A stretch of 64,000 nucleotides of DNA, from assembly GCA_965224415.1 (NCBI GenBank), contig CBDCZB010000004.1, forward strand, positions 801,660 to 865,659. The letters are read 5' to 3'. Within the stretch, counting starts at the first letter, position 1; every line of letters begins with the position of its first letter. The DNA comes from Dehalococcoidia bacterium. Its GTDB lineage: Bacteria > Chloroflexota > Dehalococcoidia > Lucifugimonadales > JAGWBF01. A model generated the notes under the pieces. It ran no database searches. It had not been told where the DNA came from and worked only from the letters and a program-made list of their open reading frames with translations. The position numbers were made by a program, and so were the translations under genes. Of this stretch, positions 8,796 to 16,078 are shown piece by piece.

Positions 8796-9590
8796 TTATT
8801 GGTCTTTGTACGCCGTAACTCTGAGACGGCGGTAGTCGGCGGTCCAAAGGCCGTCATGGAACATCACCGGCCTGAGCCGAGATTCGACCTCTGAAACCAC
8901 CCGCTCCCGTAACTCGTCAGGCAGATGCACCAGAAGCTCGGCCCCAAACATGGACATCCAGTGGCGCATCCCATTGGGCCCGTCTTCCAACGGAGTGGGG
9001 CGGTCGAAAAGGGCCGCATAGCCCGTGACTATGCATCTCTCCTCCAGCCGCGACGTGAAGTCGGCAACGCTGGGGAAGTACCAGGGCAGGCCCTGTCCGG
9101 GGCGGGCATGCCCCACCGCGTCCAGGGCCTGGTCCACCGCTCTGATGATGGCAGCGATGTTCCCCTTGCCGCCCAACTCCACCACCAGGCGTCCCCCAGG
9201 CTTCAGGACGTCGCCCAGGGTGGCCATGACTCCGTGCGTGTCCTTCACCCAGTGGATGGCGGCGTTGGAGAAGACGGCGTCGAAGGGCTCACTGCACGTG
9301 AAACGGGCGGCGTCGGCCACCACAAACTCCACGTCTGGATAGGCGACTCTTGCCCGCTCTATCATGGAAGGGTCGATGTCCACGCCGACCGCCTGGGCGC
9401 CTGCCTTGGAGATCTCGTTGGCCAACCGCCCAGTGCCGCATCCCAGGTCCAGGATGCGCTCGCCGGGCTGCGGGGCCAACATCTCCACCAACTCCAGCCC
9501 ATACTCCGAAACGAAAGCGTGCTTGGAGTCGTAGAGGTCGGCGTCCCATGCGCCGACAGTGGTCTGGGTTGGGTTGGACTGGTCGTTCAT
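8796..9590 (-). CDS. Class I SAM-dependent methyltransferase
   Basis: Motif I ILDLGCGTGRL and a post-I acidic residue (GVDIDPSM). Resembles the trans-aconitate/UbiE-like small-molecule MTase layout. Confidence 0.8.
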   Translation of the reverse strand: MNDQSNPTQTTVGAWDADLYDSKHAFVSEYGLELVEMLAPQPGERILDLGCGTGRLANEISKAGAQAVGVDIDPSMIERARVAYPDVEFVVADAARFTCSEPFDAVFSNAAIHWVKDTHGVMATLGDVLKPGGRLVVELGGKGNIAAIIRAVDQALDAVGHARPGQGLPWYFPSVADFTSRLEERCIVTGYAALFDRPTPLEDGPNGMRHWMSMFGAELLVHLPDELRERVVSEVESRLRPVMFHDGLWTADYRRLRVTAYKDQ

Positions 9591-9603
9591 TGCGTGAGAC
9601 GGG

Positions 9604-10365
9604 CTATATCAGCTCTTCCGGGGTGGATATACCCTCGAAGTCCGCAGCAGACGCGGGCTTTTCCGGCTTGATCTTCAGGTCCGTCTCCATGATGTGGTAA
9701 ACCTGCTTAAGGTGATGGGTGGAGTGCCGGAGGATTATGTGAAGCAGTTCCAGCACAGTCACCTCGCCCCCGTAGTGGGCGGGGACCACCCACTCGAATC
9801 CTGCCGTGTTCCCGCTCTTCAGGAACCCCGTCACGTTTTCGCTCACCTCGCAGCCGTATTCAGAGATTTGCTTTGGGGATTTGATTTGCGAGGTCTTTTC
9901 GTGGGAAGCCTCCATGTCTTCTTTGCTCATGCTACCATGCTCGTGGGCCCGCCACGCCAGCTCCGGGAAGGAGATGATATGCAACAGGAGCTCCCGGAGT
10001 GTCCTGGGCCGCCACGCGGGAGCTTCGTCCAACTCGACGGGCATGAGCTGCCCCGCGGTCCTGGAGGCGGCGCCCAGAATGGCTTCGTACTTCTCGGCCA
10101 GCCACTGGGCGGACGAAGACAGGTCCACAACGGTTTCAAGCTCCAAGACCTCTACGAGCTTCTTGGGGTAGTAGCCGATGACCACCTTTTCGTCGTCGAC
10201 GATGGTGACCGGAAGGGCCTTTATGCCGCGGCCCTTGAGGAATTCCCTGGACGCCTCGTCGTTGAGCACGTCATGGTTCTGGAATTCCACGCCGTTGGAA
10301 GTGAGGAACGCTTCCAGCGTCCGGCAGCTGAATCAGCCAGGTTGGGTGAACACTTGAACGTTCAT
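9604..10365 (-). CDS. Candidate selenoprotein: glutaredoxin-like (UxxC) domain fused to a DinB/YfiT-like domain. In-frame TGA at 10335..10333 read as Sec
   Basis: The frame is open from ATG 10365 (AAGGGGG SD-like 7-8 nt upstream) to the stop at 9604 except for one TGA. Translation is MNVQVFTQPG-U-FSCRTLEAFLTSNGVEFQNHDVL...ALPVTIVDDEKVVIGY, a complete Grx/NrdH-like fold with U at CxxC position 1. The C-terminal half is His-rich and DinB-like (HIISFPELAWRAHEHG, LRHSTHHLKQVYH). The ORF track starts only at GTG 10290. Confidence 0.65.
10305..10322 (-). promoter_or_regulatory. Candidate bacterial SECIS-like hairpin downstream of the in-frame UGA
   Basis: mRNA GGACGC-UGGAA-GCG(U)UCC: a 6-bp stem with one bulged U and a G-containing 5-nt loop, beginning 10 nt after the UGA. 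It is short, so only suggestive. Confidence 0.4.
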
Positions 10366-10450
10366 AGCGACCCCCTTGAGGCCATATATTTCGGATTATG
10401 TACGCACGGAATCAGGGTGTCAACGGGCCGTTCCAACCAACCCTGCGGAC

Positions 10451-11269
10451 TAGGGTCTGTTCACACTAACGCAACGCATCGACTATAAGAGTGAGTAGGA
10501 TGAAGCCTAGGAAGAGCACATCCAGCTTCTCGAAGCGAGAGAAGATACGGCGAAAGCCCTTCAATCGCCGGAACAAGCGCTCAACTTCGTTGCGTCTCTT
10601 GTACATCTCCATGTCGTACGTCCATGGGGAGACCCGTGTCGAGGACGGCGGAACGACGGGAGTGAATCCCAGCGCCAATGCGAGTTGGCGTGTCTCGTTG
10701 CCCTCGTATGCACGATCCATCACTATAGACAAGTTCTCTCGCTGTGGCCCAAGACGGTTGAGCAGCTTGCGTCCTTCAGGCGCGTCGTGGGCTTGTCCGG
10801 CGGAGAGGGAGAACATCAGAGCCGTTCGAGCATCTGCGGCAACCATATGAATCTTGGTGGTCCATCCTCCCCGGGACTTGCCGATGGACTGCGGTCCGTT
10901 TTTTTTAACGCGCCCGTGCCATCGGGATGCACCTTGACAATCGTGCTGTCCACCGAAACCGCCTCGATATTGATGCGCACTATCTGCTCTCGTTGAAGGT
11001 GTTCGAACACCCGATTGAGGACTCCGTTTTTGGACCAGCGGTTCATGCGGGTATAGACTGTGTGCCAGGAGCCAAACCTCGGAGGCAAGCCCCGCCACTT
11101 GCAACCATGCTCGGCGACGTACAGAATTGCGTTGAGGACTTGGAGGTTCGACATGCTCACGTTGCCGCGTTGCACCGGCAGACAAGGAGCTATTCGTTCG
11201 TATTGAGCTTCTGTAAGTTCCATCCTCCAATGATATCATATTCAACCCAATAGTGTGAACAGGCCCTAG
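10451..11269 (-). mobile_element. IS5-family insertion sequence (IS427/IS1031-like group)
   Basis: Terminal inverted repeats GGGTCTGTTCACACTA (10453..) and TAGTGTGAACAGGCCC (..11266), embedded in CTAG at both ends. About 0.82 kb with a two-ORF transposase. Confidence 0.85.
10466..11223 (-). CDS. IS5-family transposase OrfAB (programmed -1 frameshift)
   Basis: OrfA (10816..11223, MELTEAQYERI...HGCKWRGLP) and OrfB (DDE part, GGWTTKIHMVAAD...MDRAYEGNE...YKRRNEVERLF) join by a -1 shift on the A8 run (T-run 10899..10906 on the plus strand): ...GALKK|NGPQSIGKSRGGW. Confidence 0.85.
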
Positions 11270-11296
11270 CTCATCACTAACGGAGGAAGGGCTCCT

Positions 11297-11367
11297 CTGG
11301 ATTCCGGCCTGCGCCGGAAAGACGGGGGATACCCCCCTCTCCCCTGGGAGAGGGCTGGGGTGAGGGC
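11297..11367. repeat. GC-rich palindromic intergenic element (REP-like), copy A
   Basis: Two hairpins, TTCCGGC-ctgc-GCCGGAA and CCCTCTCCC-ctg-GGAGAGGG, followed by CTGGGGTGAGGG. Related sequence occurs at 24402..24438 and 26965..27100. Confidence 0.6.
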
Positions 11368-12470
11368 TACGTTATCTCGAAACTCGTCCCTAATTCATCT
11401 ATATGAAGAACGTCGGTGTTAAATGGATATCGATTCTGTATTTGGATCTCGCCATGTTTCGGCATCATATTAGGTGCCTGGATTCTCCAGAAACAACGTC
11501 CAAATAATTTATTCCTGTGTGGGTACGGTCCATTCGTGGCCTCATCAACAACCAAGCCATTCCTTCCCAAGCCAAAATCGAACTTGGCGACGAGAAACGG
11601 CTCTGTAGTTTTGTAAATTGGCTCGTATGTTCCACCTAATTCAGGATTCCACGGGTTCCAGGAAAGTTGAGAGTTTGCAACCAACGTTTTGCCTTCCTGT
11701 CGCCATTCTTTGTCGTACCACCTAACTTGACGGTTCCCCTTGAGACCGAATGGGCTTGAAGGTTCCTGATCCTTGGGAAACCAGAACAATTCAATTAACG
11801 CTGATTCCTCCACCGAATTCGAAGTATTCTGGATTCCCATATAAATGGGTGCAACTAGAGATCCAATGTCTAGACCCGAATAGGTCGTTTCCCACCGGTC
11901 ATTGAGCCCGACCACCAACTTCAAATCTGGTCCTACGTTGCGGTTCCTGGCTAGATTGATTTCGTAATGTTCCATCGGCTCAGCCTTATAGTTGAACCGT
12001 TTATAGTACCTCTTGTCTCTCCCTTGCCAGACATCTCCAATCCCAACTGCTACCTCAACAACAAATACAACCCGGCCATCGTAGGGAACTTCCGAAACTC
12101 GAAACAGGTCGGGGCCAGGCCTTGGTTGGATGTTGCTTGTAATCAGGTTTTCTACGGTTTCTTTGTCGATTTCTCCTCGCTGAAACCCAACATCAGGACC
12201 GCCTGGAATCGGGGCGCCACCGGTCATGTTTGGATCGGTGGTTTCAGGCACACCATACACCAACACCCCCCCGTCAGAGTTCAGGAACGATGACACGTCC
12301 TTGCTTATGTCCTCCGCCCTTTTCTGTTTGTCAACGCCACCGCCGCTCCTGCGGTTAGGCAGTAGGCTCGCCTTATCTTTATAATCGAGATAGAGGTCTT
12401 CGGGCCTCTGCTCCTCAAGCATGCGCTTGAGTTCAGCATTCCACCAATCAGCGTTATGAAACTCCGCCAT
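11367..12470 (-). CDS. Schlafen/AlbA_2-like domain protein with unrecognised C-terminal domain
   Basis: GGAGGTG RBS before ATG 12470. N-terminus LYLDYKDKASL...AEDISKDVSSFLNSDGGVLVYGVPE matches the AlbA_2 (Schlafen-type) signature (E/D-x-L-E/D-F/Y-K ... A-F-x-N-x-x-GG-x-l-x-x-GV). The C-terminal ~230 aa are unknown. Confidence 0.55.
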   Translation of the reverse strand: MAEFHNADWWNAELKRMLEEQRPEDLYLDYKDKASLLPNRRSGGGVDKQKRAEDISKDVSSFLNSDGGVLVYGVPETTDPNMTGGAPIPGGPDVGFQRGEIDKETVENLITSNIQPRPGPDLFRVSEVPYDGRVVFVVEVAVGIGDVWQGRDKRYYKRFNYKAEPMEHYEINLARNRNVGPDLKLVVGLNDRWETTYSGLDIGSLVAPIYMGIQNTSNSVEESALIELFWFPKDQEPSSPFGLKGNRQVRWYDKEWRQEGKTLVANSQLSWNPWNPELGGTYEPIYKTTEPFLVAKFDFGLGRNGLVVDEATNGPYPHRNKLFGRCFWRIQAPNMMPKHGEIQIQNRYPFNTDVLHIDELGTSFEIT

Positions 12471-12770
12471 CCCATCACCTCCAATCCACCATACACGCGG
12501 TTGCAAACAACGTTACCCTTAGCGCTAACACAAATTGGGGTTCTTTGTCCATCTGATGTTGTCACAACCCCAATATCGATAACCCGGAGAGCAGCTTTGC
12601 ATCCAAGGATAGCTTGACACACATATTTTCCGGACTGGCGAACAGGTTCCGGAGCATGAATTGACAAGTGGAGTCCGGACGTTTACGGTTACATCAATGC
12701 TCCCCGTCGTCCACTTGTCGTAATGGCAGGTTGATTGGCGGGGTTGTTATTTTGTCACTGATTACGAACT

Positions 12771-13388
12771 GTGCCTATGGACACTTCTCTGAGACTCGTA
12801 TTGTTCATAGACGCACAAAACACCTACAGAGGCGCCAGGGGTAGGTTCTTCCGTAACCAGGGGCCTGCAACCGACGGACAATTCGATCCAGTTAAACTCG
12901 GCAAGTTCATAGAGTCGCGAGGCGGCCCGAACCAGAGTGTATGTCATCTGACAGGCGTAAGAGCGTACACAGGACGCCCGGATCCGGAAAAAGACCCTAC
13001 AACATACGCCGCCCACATGAAGCAATGCGCCAAATGGGAAACGGACGGAGCGATTGTAGTGCACAGGCAACTCAGGTATCCACCGGGCTGGCCTGACGAA
13101 AGAGCACAAGAAAAGGGGATAGACGTTGCCTTGGCTATTGACTTCGTATCTATGGCAGTGGATGGCGGCTACGACATAGGCGTAATAATGTCAACGGACA
13201 CTGATTTGTTGCCTGCGCTCGAGTTCACGCTTAATCGATATGCGGAAGTTCGCCATGTGGCAGTCGCGGCGTGGAGCGGTTCTCATATGCCCCGGCGACT
13301 GTCTATACCCGGTTCGAACATCTGGTGCCACTGGCTCGATCAGGACGACTACGACGCCGTTGCCGACCCAACCAACTACAATCGTTAA
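12771..13388 (+). CDS. NYN (LabA-like PIN-fold) nuclease domain protein
   Basis: LVLFIDAQNTYRGA at the N-terminus and GIDVALAIDFVSMAVDGGYDIGVIMSTDTDLLPALEF are the conserved acidic motifs of NYN/LabA domains. The start may be GTG 12771 or ATG 12777. Confidence 0.7.
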   Translation: MPMDTSLRLVLFIDAQNTYRGARGRFFRNQGPATDGQFDPVKLGKFIESRGGPNQSVCHLTGVRAYTGRPDPEKDPTTYAAHMKQCAKWETDGAIVVHRQLRYPPGWPDERAQEKGIDVALAIDFVSMAVDGGYDIGVIMSTDTDLLPALEFTLNRYAEVRHVAVAAWSGSHMPRRLSIPGSNIWCHWLDQDDYDAVADPTNYNR

Positions 13389-13414
13389 GGTCGGACGGAG
13401 GCTGACACCCCCGG

Positions 13415-14176
13415 CTACCAGGCGACGGCGCCGCCGTCGACTACCAGGTCTGCCCCGGTGACGTAGGCGGACTCCTCGGAGGCCAGGAAGACTACGCAGG
13501 CGGCTATCTCGTCCATGCCGCCCAGCCGCTCCATCGGGATTTTCCCGAGCCTGAACCTCAAGGCTTCTTCATCGCCAGCCACCGACGCAAGCCACCTCTC
13601 GTTGTGCAGGGAGCCTGCGTGGATGATGTTGCTGCGTATGGACTCCCTGGCGTGGTTCACAGCGATCTGCTTACTGAAACTGGCCAGACCGGCGTTGGCG
13701 GCGCTGTAGGCCGCGGAGGCGTAGGCGCGCGCGATTAGCCCGGTTATCGAGCCTATGTTTATGACCGAGCCGCGCCCCGCTCTTCTCATGGCCGGCAGGC
13801 AGTTTTTGAGGCCCAGGAAGGCGCCCTTCACCTTGGTGTTCATGATGGTGTCCCACAGCTCTTCCGGCATGTTGTCTATTTCGGACCTGCCGCCCACACC
13901 CGCATTGTTCACCAGCACGTCCACCCGCCCGAACGCCGCTTCAGCCGCTTCCACGGCAGCTTTCCAGTCGTGGGCTTGAGCAACGTCAAGCCGGACGTTG
14001 AGCGCGCGGCTGCCCTGCTCTTTAAGCTCCGCTTCCAGTCCCTGGGAGACTTCATCGAGCCTGCGGCCTCCGAAGGCCACCGCTGCGCCTTCCAACGCCA
14101 AGACGCGGGTGATTATCTCGCCTAGTCCCCTGGCGCCGCCGGAGACTATGGCCGCTTTCCCGTCTAATCTGCCCAT
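13415..14176 (-). CDS. SDR-family oxidoreductase
   Basis: GKAAIVSGGARGLG cofactor motif, NNAG, and catalytic S...Y..AK (YSAANAG). Start taken at ATG 14176 (MGRLDGK). Confidence 0.85.
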   Translation of the reverse strand: MGRLDGKAAIVSGGARGLGEIITRVLALEGAAVAFGGRRLDEVSQGLEAELKEQGSRALNVRLDVAQAHDWKAAVEAAEAAFGRVDVLVNNAGVGGRSEIDNMPEELWDTIMNTKVKGAFLGLKNCLPAMRRAGRGSVINIGSITGLIARAYASAAYSAANAGLASFSKQIAVNHARESIRSNIIHAGSLHNERWLASVAGDEEALRFRLGKIPMERLGGMDEIAACVVFLASEESAYVTGADLVVDGGAVAW

Positions 14177-14355
14177 ACTGCCCGTCCAAGTCCTTAGATA
14201 TAGGGTTCGGAGGAGATTATACGACAAGTGTGTGCGGGTCAACGGAAGTTATGTCCATTCCGGCGCTGATATTTCCCGTTCCTTTTGTTATACTTCCACC
14301 AAAATGCCGGTCTCAGGACTCACGGCAACAAAATACTGAACCAGGGGGGAATCCG

Positions 14356-15549
14356 ATGGTAGACCAACTAAAGCGCCCCACCGACCAGGTGGAGGTCTTC
14401 TTCTTCACCGAGCAGCCGAACGGGTACGTCAAAAACGAGGACCTGGAGAAATTCACGGCCACCCGCATGGAGTTCCCCAACACCTATTTCGATCCAGAGA
14501 AGGCCCACCAACTCTACAACCAATACCACGAGATTTACGCCCTGGTGGACGAGGTGGGGTTCGACGGCATCATGACCAACGAACACCACATGGCCTACTG
14601 GTGCATGAAGCCGTCCATCAACCTGGACGGGGCCGTCATCGCCAAGGTCACCAAGAACGTGAAAATAGCCCTGCTGGGCAACGTCATCGGGCTGAACGAC
14701 CCTGTGAGGTTGGCCGAGGAGATAGCAATGCTGGACTGCTACTCCGGCGGCCGCATCATATCGGGGTTCGTCCGGGGAAGCGCGACGGAGACCCTCCAGT
14801 CGGGCCTCACCCCCGCCGAGAACCGGGACAGGTTCGAAGAGGCCCACGACTTGATCCTGAAGTGTTGGACCGAGCCCGGCCCCTTCCGCTTCGAAGGCAA
14901 GCACTATGACCGGAGGATGATAAACCCCTGGGTGCTCCCCATGCAGAAGCCCCACCCGGACATCTGGTTCCCCGGCACGGCAAGTCCTGAGAGCGTTGTA
15001 TGGGCCGCTGAGCACGGTTACCCCTACATGAACCTCCAGATAATCCGGGGACAGACCGAGTGGCTGAAGGAGCTTTACATCCAAACGGCCAAGGAAGCAG
15101 GCTACACACCCGGCCCCGGCAACTTCGGCGGCAACGTGAAGGTCTTCTGCGCCGACACCGACGAGAAGGCCCACGAGATAGGCCGGGCGTACATGTGGAA
15201 CGACGTGCACATGTTCAAGGGACCCCAGGAGCACAACGACCCGCCGGGATACCGGTCGCGGGCGGGCATAGAGGTGCTGAGGGCTCAACCCGGTGGAGCA
15301 GGCTTGAGGTACGGCGGGCAGCGCAAGACCTATGAAAGCCTCCAGGAATGGGGCAGCATAGTGGTCGGCAACCCCGACACCTGTATCGCCAAGCTGGCCG
15401 ACCTGATAGACGGCGTGAACCCCGGGTACGTTTCCATCTATGGACTGGAAGGAGACATGCCCCACGAGGACGTCGTGCGCTCCGTCCAGCTTATAGGCAC
15501 GGAAGTCATCCCCGCCCTCAAGGAGATCAAGCTCCAACCCTACGAATAG
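14356..15549 (+). CDS. LLM-class flavin-dependent oxidoreductase (paralogue 1 of a pair)
   Basis: GGGGGGA RBS and ATG 14356 (MVDQLKRP...). TNEHH motif. Close paralogue of 20463..21656, collinear and with most residues identical by eye. Confidence 0.85.
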   Translation: MVDQLKRPTDQVEVFFFTEQPNGYVKNEDLEKFTATRMEFPNTYFDPEKAHQLYNQYHEIYALVDEVGFDGIMTNEHHMAYWCMKPSINLDGAVIAKVTKNVKIALLGNVIGLNDPVRLAEEIAMLDCYSGGRIISGFVRGSATETLQSGLTPAENRDRFEEAHDLILKCWTEPGPFRFEGKHYDRRMINPWVLPMQKPHPDIWFPGTASPESVVWAAEHGYPYMNLQIIRGQTEWLKELYIQTAKEAGYTPGPGNFGGNVKVFCADTDEKAHEIGRAYMWNDVHMFKGPQEHNDPPGYRSRAGIEVLRAQPGGAGLRYGGQRKTYESLQEWGSIVVGNPDTCIAKLADLIDGVNPGYVSIYGLEGDMPHEDVVRSVQLIGTEVIPALKEIKLQPYE

Positions 15550-15550
15550 C
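15508..15550 (+). repeat. Direct repeat copy 1 (3' end of the LLM gene)
   Basis: ATCCCCGCCCTCAAGGAGATCAAGCTCCAACCCTACGAATAGC. The last 25 bp are identical to 15921..15945 and the upstream 18 bp are diverged. Confidence 0.75.
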
Positions 15551-15645
15551 TGGGGCCCGCATCCGAACCGCCGCCTCGTCTCCAAGCCCGCCGGAGGGGA
15601 GCGGCTATGGGGCACCTGGCGCCTTACATAGAGGAGAATGCAACG

Positions 15646-15870
15646 ATGACCGCCAAGAGTTCGGAAGTCATCTTCGAGGTCATCGAAGACGAAAACGACG
15701 GCGGATACTCGGCCAGTGCGCTTGGGTACGGCATCCACACTGGCGGCGAAACAATCGAGGAACTTCGTCAAAACGTCAGGGAAGCCGTCGATTGCTACTT
15801 CGACGCGACGATGGAACGACCCGCGTTGATTCGCCTTCACTTCGTACGAGACGAAGTCTTTGCACTGTGA
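15646..15870 (+). CDS. HicB-like antitoxin family protein (HicB_lk type)
   Basis: GAGGAG RBS before ATG 15646. IFEVIEDENDGGYSASALGYGIHTGGETIEELRQNVREAVDCYF...LIRLHFVRDEV is the pattern I recognise from HicB-like antitoxins that precede hicA. Confidence 0.6.
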   Translation: MTAKSSEVIFEVIEDENDGGYSASALGYGIHTGGETIEELRQNVREAVDCYFDATMERPALIRLHFVRDEVFAL

Positions 15871-15944
15871 GGCTTCCGCGCAATCTGCACAGTGCTAAAG
15901 CTATCCCCGTCTTTACGGAAATCAAGCTCCAACCCTACGAATAG
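15867..15944 (+). pseudogene. hicA toxin remnant (first ~13 codons) fused to a duplicated LLM 3' end
   Basis: GTGA start/stop overlap with the hicB-like gene. VRLPRNLHSAKAI resembles the HicA N-terminus (M-K-LPR-x-LSG-K-E-L), and the frame then runs into IPVFTEIKLQPYE*, i.e. the repeat. Confidence 0.45.
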
Positions 15945-15945
15945 C
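15903..15945 (+). repeat. Direct repeat copy 2 (orphan LLM 3' end)
   Basis: ATCCCCGTCTTTACGGAAATCAAGCTCCAACCCTACGAATAGC. Further loose similarity continues downstream (GGGCGCATCCCGAA vs GGCCCGCATCCGAA). Confidence 0.75.
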
Positions 15946-16078
15946 GGGCGCCGGGCGCATCCCGAAATTGACGCTGGCGAGTGACACCTGCCTTTTGGCA
16001 GGGCGGGTGGCGTGGGATATAATCCCCCCATGCCCCGCCACACAGAACCTAGTATTCGGCCAATCTGGCATTGTCAGT

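Noticed and set aside
9694-10488. 264-aa plus-strand ORF covering the Grx-DinB locus
   Set aside because: It is antisense to a gene with clear Grx-like and DinB-like motifs, and it has no motifs of its own.
14368-15840. 490-aa minus-strand ORF, the longest ORF in this part of the track
   Set aside because: It is entirely antisense to the well-supported LLM gene and the hicB-like gene. Its composition is low-complexity (V/G/L/H/P-rich), which is typical of shadow ORFs in GC-rich DNA. It has no motifs.
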